The notes beneath the pieces were generated by a model. The model did no database searches, was not told where the DNA came from, and worked only from the letters and a program-made list of their open reading frames with translations. The position numbers and the translations under genes were made by a program. From the human T2T-CHM13v2.0 reference genome, Homo sapiens: 64,000 bases of DNA. This document shows, in pieces, positions 46,257 through 59,992 of the stretch. The stretch is taken from the NCBI RefSeq assembly GCF_009914755.1, contig NC_060942.1, one strand, 5' to 3'. Numbering within the stretch: position 1 is the stretch's first letter; each line of letters begins with the position of its first letter.

Positions 46257-49200
46257 CGTGGACTCACTGAGAAGCAGCAAGTTGGCGTTGACTTAGCCCG
46301 CTCAGTGTGCAGAGTGGGTTGAAGAAAAGAATAGACCACATCAGAGGAGTAAAGGGGTGGGGGCAAAAGCCAGAGAAGGTGGGACCTTGGAATCACTGGA
46401 ATGACTTTGCTTCCACTGTGAGTAGACGGCAGAGCCATTGCAAGTTTGGAGCAGAGGAGTGTTGAATGACTTTAATAGCTGCTCTGTTGGGCATAGATTC
46501 AGGGAGGACGGGGCAGGGTAAAACCAGGGAGATAGTAACAAGGCCATTGCAATCATGTAGATGCTAGATGGTGGCGGATTGTAACCTCACCTCACACTGA
46601 TTCCATGATGAACCATGGTTAACTCAGGGAGGGGCGCTAATGAAGTCAAGGCCAGGGATTCTCGTGAATAACCTTTGGGTAGGTGATCTGGAAGCGAACC
46701 TGAGCTTCCAGACCTTTGGAGGGCCTTAGCTGTACTACATTTCAGTACTCCTAAAGCAAGTTTTTCAGAAGATTGCTCAGGCTAAAACACCAAACTTCTT
46801 TGCAGTGAGCTGGGCTAGCATCAACTTGAGGCTGAAACCTCGGCTTTCTGTACTGATCAGAAGGTTGAGGTTGATAGCAATACCTGTCTGCAAGTCATTG
46901 CAGTAACAAATACTTAACAAATGGGGTTTGTTTTGTAGACCTAATCTTTGAAGACATAAGGCCCACTGTGAGGGGAGCAGTTACTACATTCAGCCCTTGG
47001 TAGTAAAATCATAAGAACCATCGATGTAGATGATGGCAATAGATCACATTTCCACTCCCACCCACGCATCTCTGTTCATGATTCCCTGCAGGGCCAGGTG
47101 GAGATGTGTGCCTGGGTCGGTATAAACCTCTCTCTGTGTTTCAAGAACACACCTTTGGGAAGGTGACAGTGTGGTGGTGGGACAGCAAACTGCCAGTCTA
47201 GAAAGCTACTCCAGGCCTCAGTTTCTCATCTGTGGAATTAAGACATTGGCCTGTAGATCCATGGGATCCATCAGGGATCACCCCAGCTCTAAGCATCTAT
47301 GATACCGTGGGAATGGAGATGAAGATATTTCATTTAACATCTGGTCAAGAGTCCAAGTAAACAGGTGAGCAACTCTCTTGCATACCTAGAGAGTGTGAGC
47401 ATGAGTAAATCCTTTCACTCTTGGAATGAGAAGGAAATAGTAAACCCACTTTCTAGGCTAATCATGTGATATTTTACCAAACTCTGAGTTTAGAAAGATG
47501 TTATATAGTCTGGCTTTTATTGCATGTATTTAGATCGATTTTATCAAGCCATGTTCCCTGATACATATTAGGATTGCACCTCAAAGTCTTGGGTAGCCTT
47601 AGGTCATATTTCAGCTGTGGTTCTTTTGTTTAGAGCAAGAAGTATGTGGAAGTATTTTGTTTTGTTTTTATCAATCTTGGTAGCTCACGTGATGTCCTTC
47701 AAGAGCCAGCCATACTCTGGGGCTTATCGTCTTGGCAGAAAAAGCAACTGTCCAGAGGTCAAACAAGGGCCTGTTTCCTCCCCTGCGAGCCAGCTGAGAC
47801 CTTCCATTCCCAGACTGAGTTTCAGTCCTTTAGTTTAGCCTTAAGGCTTTGTTCCCTAATAAAATGCAACACACTGGAAAGACTGCCACTAAGTTACTCT
47901 CAGATTTACTTTACAAGGATGAGTTGAGATCAACTTTTGATGAGCAGAGGAGGGCCAAATAGACCATGTGTCCTTGGGAGGGAAGAGCTGTGTCCCTGGG
48001 ATGGGGAGCATTTTGGAACCAGAGGTTGGAAGCACCAAAGCCGAACAGTTCCTTCTCACCAGTGCTTCCCAGGCAGAGCCTCACAAAACAGCACAATTGT
48101 GGCAATTCCCCTGTGAGGCTTCTTTAAGAACCCTATTTTCCCTGGTTTAAGTAAACTCAAATATTTCATTTGTATTTCTGTAAGCACACATTTTCAACTC
48201 TTGCTGCCTTCTTGGCTGTTGAATGACTGTCATCACCATGTGTAGAATCATGGATCTAAGAATCCTCAGTGTCACTTAGTCCAACTTTCTTCCCCAAATA
48301 GTCTCTTCTAGGATATCTTCCCCATTGATGGCCACTATGTAGGTGCTTGAACCTTTGCAGTAACAAGGACCTCATTGCTTCATAAGGCACTGTGTTACAT
48401 GATGGACTATTGTATTTTTAGGAAGTTCTTTTTATTGAATCAAACTTTATCTCTCTAAACATCAATTGATCATTTCTAGTCTCCCAGAATTACTTTGGTT
48501 AATGGATCTCAAAGTCTAAATTCAAACATTGTCACCTAAGCATTGAGGTCCTCCCCTTTTTTGTTCCTCTCACTAGTCTAGTTTTATGAACAATCCTACG
48601 AAACCTCGATGACCACACATCTGACAAGCCCATTACTGTTTCAAAAGGAAAGGAAGGTAGGGATCTACAAGCTAATGTCTCCAAAGCAGATCTTAGCACA
48701 ATTCTGATTCTGCATCCAGCACATGACATTCTCCCTGGAGATAATCCCAATGCCTGCTTAATAGGTTAGAGTCCCAGCGTTTAATACCTGACCGCATTAA
48801 GAGTTTTTAACATCTCACTTAAAATTAATCCATAACAGATATTTTTGACATAAAACTCAAAAGGAAATAGCTTCCTACCCAAATTAACTACAAAATCGGG
48901 AAAAACTTTAAAAGTTTCTGTATTAGACTGTACACAAGCCTGCCTACTGTATTTAACTGGACTCTTCATGACATCTAGTGGCGAAATCTGGAAAAGTTTC
49001 CAGTACTCTAAACGTGGCAGAAGGTGGGAAAACAATTCTTAATCCTATTTGATATTCACTGTTTGAATATTATGTTTTGTGAAATCGTAAACTGAATTCA
49101 TCTGTCAATCCATTATAATAGTATACTCATTTTTATTTTAGGCATATCTGTGGCTTTATACCTTTTAAATTTGGGCTGACTTTGAAATCAATCACATCTA

Positions 49201-50400
49201 TTTTTTCACGGATGTCAGAAAGAACCACATTGGTTTAGGGGGAGAAAAACATTCTGGATAAGCATAAATAATAACATTTTTAGCTGGAAACACACCACAA
49301 AAATGTTTTGCATAACTGTATTCATCTTCAAATGTAGTTTTAAGACTCAATTCCTGTGAAATCTGAGTCATTTATAGCTAACCTTGAATGTATTGTTATT
49401 CACAATTAGAAGTAGATAAATTTCACAGGCAGAGAAGCTGACAAGTCTTTAAGACTTCACACTTAGTTTTGCAGGAAGAGCTGAAGTTAATTAGAAGTGA
49501 TTATACATACATTGCATGTGTGTGTGTATTTGTGTTGTTGCACACAGACACCACGAAGGCCTTGGGAAGGTTGCATTTTTTATGTTTTAAAAATAAACAT
49601 AATCTCCTTCCCATGTGTTGCTATAAGCCCAGTAAATCTAGGAAGCTCAGCAGGGTTGAACAAGGTCATTTCTCGTCAGGACTCCAAGGGGGAGCAGGAA
49701 GCAACCCTGTGCATCAGATGCTGGCATCCTAATCCCTGCTCAGCAAGAGCTTCCCAGGCATGTGGGACAGGTCGTGCCAGCGCCGACACACTGGCAGACC
49801 GAGGCTCTGACGCCAGCCACGCTCCGTATCAGCACTGCGGCTCCCTACCTACCGTGCCCCTGGAAGACGAAAATATATCCTCACTCTCACAGTAAAGGCA
49901 GGATTCCAACCGAGTCTGCTCACTTCTTGGTTCTGGTAAACAGGAAAGTAGTCATGAAAAGATACATCTAATCACTATCTCAGAATCAGGGAGGCTTTAT
50001 TGATTTGGTTTTTTGTCGAATTTAAATATATGTTAAATAAATATATAAAGATATGTAAATTATTTTGTTGAATTTAAGATATATATTTAAAACAAATGGA
50101 TAATTAATGCATATTTAAATTCAACAAAACCCAAAACAAATGAAGAAAAAAATATAGATATATATCTCCATAGATCTTCTGCTACAGAGAAGAAACAGAA
50201 CATATACCAAAAGACATTATAAACATGTAGGTAAAAACAACTCCAAAATAATATATAAGAAACAGAGAGTGGTGTTTCCCTGTGAGAAAGATCTGGAGAC
50301 TAGAAGTGAGGGTAGAGATATGGAGATGAGGAAATCATTTTTCTCTGTATACTTATACTCTTTGAAAACTAGCTGTATTACCTAGTAAGAAATATATTTC

Positions 50401-50472
50401 AGCCGGGCGCAGTGGCTCATGCCTGTAATCCCAGCCTGGGTGACATCTCAGAAAAAAAAAAAAAAAAAAAAA
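50401..50472 (+). mobile_element. Mini-Alu: first 35 nt fused to the terminal segment and poly-A
   Basis: 'gccgggcgcagtggctcatgcctgtaatcccagc|ctgggtgacatctcag(a)n'. Confidence 0.85.
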
Positions 50473-50474
50473 GT

Positions 50475-52435
50475 CACCATTCCATCCAAACAAGTGAAAA
50501 ACTAAATATACTGAAAAATCAACAACTCTTCTTAGATCCATCAGCTCCTCACAGAGATCTATCAGTGAGGTCACAGGGGAGGCCACCGCCCCAAAAATTG
50601 GAGAGAGAGGCAGATACAGGGAATCACAATGTACCAGAGCAGAAGCCTGCACAGAAACCAGCACCAGGGTAAGAAAATCTAAACTGTGACTGATGAAGTG
50701 ATGGAGGCTCCATGTGGATAAGCCTGAGAGATAAGAACACAAGGGGACCCAGTAATAGGATGGGACCCCACATTTTTATTTTACTTCCAGGGGTCTCACG
50801 ATGAAGATAGAGAAAAATCCCCTTGTGCTTCCCGCAGGAGGAGGGGAAAAGCAACCATTTTGAAATTTGCCTAAGTATGCTGTTCGTAACAAAGACTGCT
50901 CTCGGTAGAAATTATTTTACCAGAGCTTAACTAGCTGGGGTTTTACTGGAGCTTATCTGACCTGGGGGAGGGGGAATACCCAACTCCAGCCCCCTTTAGC
51001 CACCCTGTCCCACCCAAGGAGGGCAAGGGGGTACTAAGAAGAATTTGTGAAGTTCACAGGGCAGAGGCACAGGCTCACTGAGACTGAGACCTACTCATAG
51101 GACTATAGAACATCCCCCTCCCCTGCACCTTCCATGATATTACTAAAAGCCTATTTACCACAGTATCTTTTACCTAGTACCTCGTGTCCACCATACAATA
51201 AAAAATTACAAAACATACTAAAAGATAAACAACATAACCTGACGTGACTAAAAGAACATCAGAACCAGAGCCAGATTTGGAAGGAAGGTTGGCATTATCA
51301 GAGCACGAATTTTGTACAACTGTGATTTATATGCAAAGGGTTTTAATTGAAAAAGTAGACAACATGCAAGAACAGGTGGATAATGTAAGTAGAGAGATAA
51401 AAATTCTAAGAATCTAAAGAAATGCTAGAGATAAAAAGCACAGAAATGAAGAATGCCTTTGATGGGCTCGTTAGTAGACTGGCGATGGCTAAGAAAAACA
51501 TATCTGACCTTGAGTGTATAATGTTAGAATCTTCCAAAACTGAAAAGCAAAGAGAAAAAAGACTGAAAACAACAGTGACAACAACAAGAAGAAGAACAAA
51601 AACCAGAACAGAATATTCAAGAACTCTGAGACCACTGTAAAGTGTAACATATGTGTAATGGGAATTCCACAAAGGGAAGAAAGAGGAAAACAAACAGAAG
51701 CAGTATCTGAAGCAATAATAACTGAGAGTTCCCCCATATTAATGCCAGACACCAAACCATAGATCCAGGAAGCTCACAGACTTTCTCAGACAGACAAAAA
51801 CTGAGGGAATTTGTTGCCAGTAGACCTGCCTTGCAAGAAGTGTTGTTAAAAATGAGTTCTCCAGAGAAAAAGAAATTGATATAGGTCTAAATAAAGAGCA
51901 TTGGAGAAGAAATAAGTGAAGGTAACATAAAAACTTTCATTTTTCATATTCTTAGTTGATCTAACAAAGTTTGTTAAAAATAATAATGCCAATAATATAT
52001 GTTATTTTACGTATGTTTATACAGATGCACGCTTATTTATACTTATGTGTAAGTGAAATAAATGGCAAAAATGATACAAGGCATAGGAAGAAGAAATTAG
52101 GATTATATGCTATGTAAGAAGCGGTATAGTGTTTTTTGAAAATAGACTTGAATTAGTTGGAAATCCATATTGAAAACTCTCGGGCAAACATTTTTAAAAA
52201 ATAAAAAAATGATATGCTAAGAAAGAAGAGAAAACGGAATTACACAAAATGCTCAATTAAAACCACAAAAGGAAGCAAAAGTGTGGAAAACAAAAAGGGG
52301 AACAAAGAATAAGGCAACAAACAGAAAACAGTAACAAATATGGTAAGCATTAATCCAACTATATTAATAATCACTTTAAATATCAATGGTCTAAATATGT
52401 CAATTAAAAGACAGAGATTACCAGAGTGGACACAT
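50475..52435 (+). mobile_element. Old L1M (MC/MD-like) 5'UTR, ORF1 remnant and ORF2 start
   Basis: ORF1-like 'MLEIKSTEMKNAFDGLVSRL', 'gggaatttgttgccagtagacctgccttgcaagaa', EN start 'atcactttaaatatcaatggtctaaat...caattaaaagacagaga'. Confidence 0.8.
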
Positions 52436-53863
52436 TATATAAGCTGTATCCAGTGATTGAAGAATACACATTCTTTTCAAGTATATTTTCAAAAACCACA
52501 CTTACAAAACATTTATGGAAATGTATTATATAGGGCCATGAATCAAATTCCAACAGATTCCAACAGTTAAATCAGGGAAATGTTTTCTGACCTCAATGCA
52601 ATTAATCTAGGAATTAAAGACAAACATATCTAGAAAATATCCATCTGTTTGGAAATTAATAGATGTGTTTCTGAATAGCTAATGGGACAAAGAAAAGATT
52701 AGAAAACATTTGGTCTTCTACACCATAGTAAACAGGCCTTGTGTATGGTAGTTAAACCAGTTCCCCTACAGGTAAATATGCCTTAAAGCATATATTTAAA
52801 TGAATGAGATAAGTCTCCACTACAAGTAGAAAAAAAGAATAAACTATTAATGCATGCAACAACATGGATGGATGGATCTAAAAATAATTAGATTGAATAA
52901 AAGAAGTCAGAAAAAAGGAATTCATACTGTATAATTTTATTTATATAAAATTCTAAAAAATATTTGGAAAATATCCTTTGGAAAAAATTCTAAAAAATGC
53001 AAACTAATCCATAGTGACAGAAAGCTGATCAGTACGTGTCTGAGAAGGAAGATAATAGGGGTTATGAAGGGCACAGGAAATACTGGGTGTGAGGATGTGT
53101 TCATGTTCCTCACTGTTGTCATGGTTCCAGAGACGTATACATAGGGTAAAACATATCAAATTATATACTAATTTTGTATAATGTGTCAATTATATCTAAA
53201 TTGTTATTTAAAAGATAAATAAAAAGATCAAAAACATGAATAAAAATGAAAAGAAACAACAGTCCATAGAAACAGACTCAAAAGGACTCCAAATAATTGA
53301 ATATTCAGACATAAACTTTAAAATAGCTATATTTAGACTGCTTTATCCAGCTATGATAAAGTAATTTCTGGCAAACCAATGTGCCCAAGAAAATAACTAG
53401 AAAACTAGATAAAATGTGATTGCATCTACATTGGAGCCTTCTTGAGGCAACCAAAACTTAAGAGGCTGATTTCACAGAGGGAGGAATTATTGAAAGGTAA
53501 GTCAACCTTCTGCAGATACATTTTTCTCTCACTGGATACAGCTGAAAGTCTGGACAAAGGATACAGGCAAAAGGCCACTTCTGGGAAGCAGAGAAACCAG
53601 AGACCCTTTGGCCATCTACCAGATCTAGACAGACAAAAGTCAGAGACTTGAGGATCCAAAATCTCAGCGAGAAGAGAGAAGTAGAGAACAAATGTTGACA
53701 CATGGCTGATTTTTCCCTCAAGACATTTGCCAAATTATGAAACTGTGTTAGATTAGAAGTAAGAAATTAAGAAAACTCTGAAAAATAGAGTATTCCTCAG
53801 TCTCACAGTGTCAAGGAGAAACAGTTGAAGTTCAGTCTTACAGGGAAGGGGCCTCAGTACCTA

Positions 53864-53935
53864 TTAGGTTGGCGCAAAAGTAATTTCAGTTTTTGCCATT
53901 ACTTTTAAACCAAAATTCCTTTTTCACCAACCTGA
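53864..53935. mobile_element. MADE1 (Hsmar1-derived MITE)
   Basis: 'ta|ttaggttggcgcaaaagtaatt...tttttgccattactttta...caccaacctga|ta', TA flanks. Confidence 0.88.
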
Positions 53936-55324
53936 TACATCAGGCTGCCTGGACTCGGCTTAGTTACTCATCGGATAAGGTAACCTGCCCCACTACGTCC
54001 ACTTAGCAGACAGTGTAAATCCATTCTGTAGGAAGATAATATTACCCAGACCCTTTACAATTGTTCATCTGCAATGTCTGAAATGCAACAGATATTAAAT
54101 ATTAATAAAATATATTAGGCATACCAAGAGATAGAACCAAATGACCAAAATCCAAGAGAAAAAAAAATAGAAAGTAGAAACAACCCCAAAAGTGATTCAG
54201 ATATTAGAGTTAGCAGAAAAGGACTTTAAAATAAGTACAATTGCTATGTGGAAATGGACATGGGAAATTTTTTTAATTATATAAAAAGATGGAGAATATC
54301 ATCAGAGAATTGGAATCTATTGAAAAGAATCCAATAAAAATTCTAGCAATGAAAAGTATAAATGCTGAAATTAAGAACTTGATAGATAAATTTAACAGAA
54401 GATTAGAACACCAGAAGACAGGATAAGAGAACTGAAAGATGTAGAAAATCTACATTAGAAAATATGTAGACTGCAATGCAAAAAAGTAAAAGGATAGAAC
54501 ACACAGAAGAAATGGTAAGATACAGTAAAAAGGACTGGTAAGCATTTAATTGGAATTAAGAAGGAAAGAAGAGAGAAAATGGAACGGAAAATGGGCAAAT
54601 AATTTTTCACACTGTTAAAAGACTTTAAGTAAAAATTATAATTCTATATTGTGGATTTTATAACATTTAAATTATATGTGACACTATTAGCACAATTGAT
54701 GAAGGCTAAGTAGAACCATAAAGTTACGAGTTTCCTATATTTTATGCAAAGTAGCATAATATGTTAAATCTAAGTGATACATTAAAGATACATGATGCAG
54801 TCCCTAGAGCAATCATAAAAAAGAAATTTAAAGGGAATTAGGATAAATTCTGATTAACACATAAGGACACAGGTGAAAAAGAACAGAAAAACTAAACACA
54901 TATGAGACAACTAGAAAACAAATAGCAAAATGGTTGCCCTAAATAAATCATATCAATAAGTACTCTAAATGTAAATAGAATAATTCCAATTTAAAAAGCA
55001 GAGATTTTTCACACTGGATTAACAAAGAAAGACCCATCTAATTGCTTTCCACAAGAGACATATTTTAAATACAAAGACACAGATATATGGAAAGTAAAAA
55101 AATGGGAAAAGCAATGCCATGAAAACAATCAGAATAAAGATAGAAGGACTATACTCCTAACTTCAGACAAAATAAACTTCAAGACAGAGTATTACCAGAG
55201 ATATAGAGAGACATTTATGATTAAAGAATCAATCCATCAGAAACACATAAGGTATATGTGCTTAAGTCAAATGTACAATCATAGTTGGAGTTATTACACT
55301 GCTCTCTCAAAATTTAACAGAATA

Positions 55325-55946
<622 letters not shown>

Positions 55947-57984
55947 TTAATAGAATAACAAATATTGAAGTAAGGATGTAAACCACCTAAGCAACATCAT
56001 CAACCATCTTGATCTCATTGATAAATTATAAAGTACTCAACAACTGCAGAATATACATTCTTTTGAAGTGCACATAGAACATTCATCAAGATAAACTGTT
56101 ATGCTGGGACATAAAATGAGTCTCAAAAATTTCTAAAAGATCAAAACATTAGAGTATGTTCTCTTACAGATATGGAATTAAACCAAAAATCAACAAAAAA
56201 GATATCTAGAAAATCCCCAAGTATTTGGAAATTAAACAATAGATTTCAAAATTACCCAGAATCAAAGAATAAATTATGAGAGAAACTAGAAAATATTTTC
56301 ATTTAAGTGATGATTTAAAAATATCCAAAATTTTTGTATGCAACTGAAGCTTAGCTCAGTAGCAAGCAAAGCTCAGTAGGAGGTTTATAATTTTAAATGC
56401 TTATATTAGAAAAGAAGAAAGATTACTATTTATGATCAAAGTTTTTACATTAATAAGATAGAAAAAGAAAAGCAAATTTAAGTAGAAACAAGATAATAAA
56501 AAGAAGTGTGTATGTAAATCAGTAAAATTTTAAAATGACAAAACGATTGAGAAAATTAATAAAATTGATAACTCCATTTACCAGCTTAATTTACAAAGAG
56601 AGAGAAAGAGAGAAAAAGATAAATGACCAAAAATGGGAATGAAAAGCTGGTCAGCACTATAGAGCTCACAGATATTCAAGGATAATAGGGGATTATTATT
56701 TAAAACCTTATGCTAATAAATTTGACATATGAAAGACAAATCTCTTGGAAAATAAAATTTACAATTTTGTTTACAACAAAAAAGTTAAACTCAAGGTCAT
56801 ATAGAAAATCTCAATAACCCTAATATCTATCAAATATATAAAATAGGTGTTTTTAAATGTACATATATTTAAAGATGTACTTCTAAATGTTTATATATTT
56901 AAAGATGTATTTTACATGTATATGTATTTTAAAAGCTTCTCACAAAGAAACAGGTGAGTTCTATGAAACATTTAAAGTATAACCAGAAAAACCCTGATAT
57001 CAAAACCTAGTAAAGAAATATCCTTAATAAGCATAGTCACAAAAGATCCTTATTACACTATTAGCTAATTTAATTGACCAATATATGAAAATAATATTTC
57101 ATCAAGACCAAAAGCAGTTAATCCAAGGAATGCAAGGTTGGTCTAATATTTTAAAAATTGATTTATACTATTCACCATATTGACAAAACAAAGAAACACA
57201 TAATCATCTCAATAGATGCAGAAAAAGTACTCAGCAAAATTTATCACCAATTCATGATTCTTTTTTAACTTCAAGAAAATTTGAAATAGAAACTTCTTCA
57301 ATTTCATAAAGGACTTTTTTTTAAAACTTAACAACTAACATCTCTTAGTAGTGAAACACTGAATACTATCCCCCTAAGATCAAGAATAAAGCAGGATTAT
57401 CTACTTTGTCTACTTTTATTTAGTATTGTGCTGAAATTCCTAGGCATTGCAATAGGCAAGTAAAGGAAATCAAAGGCGCAAACTTAGGTAAACTGAGGAA
57501 AGGAATAATTAAAACTATTTGCATATGACATGATTGTTTACATAGAAAATAAGAAATGTATAAAAACCATTAAAACTAATAAAAGAGTTTATTAAGATGA
57601 CAGACTAAAGGTCAATATACAAAAATGAACTGTATTAGTATATGCCAGCAACAAAACAATTGGAAAATGAAATGTTAAGTCTAATGAATGAAGGGCCTCC
57701 ATGCTGAAAACTATAAAACAATGCATTTAGAAATTAAAGATCTAAATAAATGGAAATAATTACACATATATATATACATCTACACATAGATACATATATT
57801 AATACACATATCTATATACTTATATCTACCCATGTATATGGGTAGATGTAGATACATACCTACTATATACATAGATTGGAAGACTCAATATAGTTAAGTT
57901 GTCATATTCAAGGTAATCCAACTAGAAAGCTTTTTTTTAAAAAAAATTGATGAGCTGATTCTAAAATGAAATGCAAAGGGCCTA

Positions 57985-58335
<351 letters not shown>

Positions 58336-58608
58336 CTACCTGACTTCAAGACACACTACAAAGCTACAGTAATCAAGACAGTGCGCTAGTCACATAACGG
58401 TGGACAAATAAGTCTATGGAACAGAATAGAGAGTCCAGAAACACATTTATGTAGTTAATTATTTTTTACTAAGTTGCAAAAGCAATTTAATAAAGAAAGG
58501 AAAGTTTTTCTAACATACTACAAAATTTGATAGTCTTGTGAATAAAAAATGAACCTTTACCTACTTGACACCACATACAAAAATTAATTTCACATGGACC
58601 ATAAACAT

Positions 58609-58992
58609 TGAAACAGTTAGGCTTACTCTCCCCACCCAAATCTCATCTTGAATGCAATCCCCATAATACCCATAATCCTCACAGGTCAAGGAAGAGACCA
58701 GGTGGAGGTAATTGAATCATGCAGATGGTTTCCCCCATGCTGTTCTCGTGATAGTGAATGAGTTCTCACAAGATCTGATGATTTTATAAGGTTCTCTTCC
58801 CCTTTCGCTGGGCATTTCTTCCTACTGCCTTGTGAAGAAGATGCCTTGATTCACCTTTGCCTTCTGTCATGATTGTAAGTTTCCTGAGTCCTCCCCAGCC
58901 ATGCTGAACTGTGCGTCAATTAAACCTCTTTCCTTTATCAATTACCCAGTCTCAGGAAGTTCTTTACAGCAGTATGAAAATGGACTAATAGA
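58609..58992 (+). mobile_element. THE1D/MSTA-like solo LTR inside old L1
   Basis: 'cccacccaaatctcatcttgaat...ccccatgctgttctcgtgatagtgaatgagttctcacaagatctgatg...ggactaata'. Confidence 0.88.
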
Positions 58993-59260
58993 GACATAAA
59001 CTTAAAAAATAAAAGTTTACAGCTTTCAGAAGAATACATACAAGAATATCTTTGTGAATCGTGAGTAACCAAAGATTTTCTAGACAGGATCTAGAAAACT
59101 ATAACTATAAAAGAAAAATATGTATAAATTAAATGCCATCAAAATAAAAAATTCTGTCTATTCAAAATTTTTGTCTATTCATTAACGAAATGAACAGGCA
59201 AGCCATTGGAAGAGGATATTTACAAAACTATTATCTAATACAGAATATGTATTCAGAATA

Positions 59261-59392
59261 CAGATGGTCTCTGACTTACGATGGTTTGACTTAATGATTT
59301 TCCAATTTGATGATGGGCTTATGGGGGTATTAATTGAATTTTCAACTTAGCTTTATCTGTATATACCCCCTTTATAGGTCAAGGAGCATCTG
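59261..59392 (-). mobile_element. MER47A/Tigger5-like internally deleted DNA transposon
   Basis: Termini 'cagatggtctctgacttacgatgg' and 'gtcaaggagcatctg' with TA flanks. Confidence 0.72.
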
Positions 59393-59449
59393 TATATAAA
59401 GAAATCCTATAATGTGATAATAAAAAGACAAACTACCCAATAAAAATTA

Positions 59450-59992
59450 TCAATTTTACAAAAGTACAGCTAGGTAGAAGGAATAAGTTCTAGTGTTCTA
59501 TAGCACTATTGGGTGACTGTAATTAACAATTTTTTTTTTGAGACAGCATTTCGCTCTGTCACCCAGATTAGAGTGCAGTGGTTTGATCTTGGCTCACTGC
59601 AGCCATGACACCTCAGCCTCCCAATCCACTGGGACTACAGGCGTGTGCCACCATGCCCAGCTAATTTTTTAATTTTTTGTAGAGACGGGGTTTCACCATG
59701 TTGCCCAGACTGGTCTCAAACTCCTGGACTAAAGCGATCCTCCAGTCACAACCTCCCAAAGTGCTGGGATTACAGGCATGAGCCACCATGCCCAGCCATA
59801 TAATTAACAATTTATCATATATTTTCAAATATCTAGAAGAACAAATCTTGACTGTTTCACACAAATAAATTATAAATGTTTGAGGTGATGAATATGCTAA
59901 TTACACATGGTCTATACATGTATCAAAATATCACTGTATCTCATAAATGTGTACAATTATTATGACAAAACACACAATAAAAGCAAAAAAAA
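59450..59992 (+). mobile_element. L1MA 3' fragment nested in older L1, itself split by an Alu
   Basis: 'aggaataagttctagtgttctatagcact...aaatgtttgaggtgatgaatatgctaattac'. Confidence 0.8.
59529..59797 (-). mobile_element. AluJ
   Basis: Reverse dimer; TSD taattaacaattt. Confidence 0.92.

Larger units (their letters stand above)
44060..46580 (-). mobile_element. L2 LINE remnant split by an Alu and by LTR12C
   Basis: L2-like 'gagaaggtgacatttgagtaaaga', 'gagccattgcaagtttggagcagagg', 'ggccattgcaatcatgtag' on both sides of the inserts. Confidence 0.65.

Noticed and set aside
48240-48480. Possible L3/CR1 fragment, plus other faint repeats near 5.7-5.9, 6.9, 20.8 and 21.8-22.2 kb
   Set aside because: Too diverged to assign family or boundaries without an HMM search.
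49497-49895. 132-aa + strand ORF over the CpG-rich patch
   Set aside because: Non-ATG start and no recognisable homology or domain; the region is kept only as a regulatory candidate.
51422-51640. Coiled-coil-like ORF
   Set aside because: Remnant of old L1 ORF1p.
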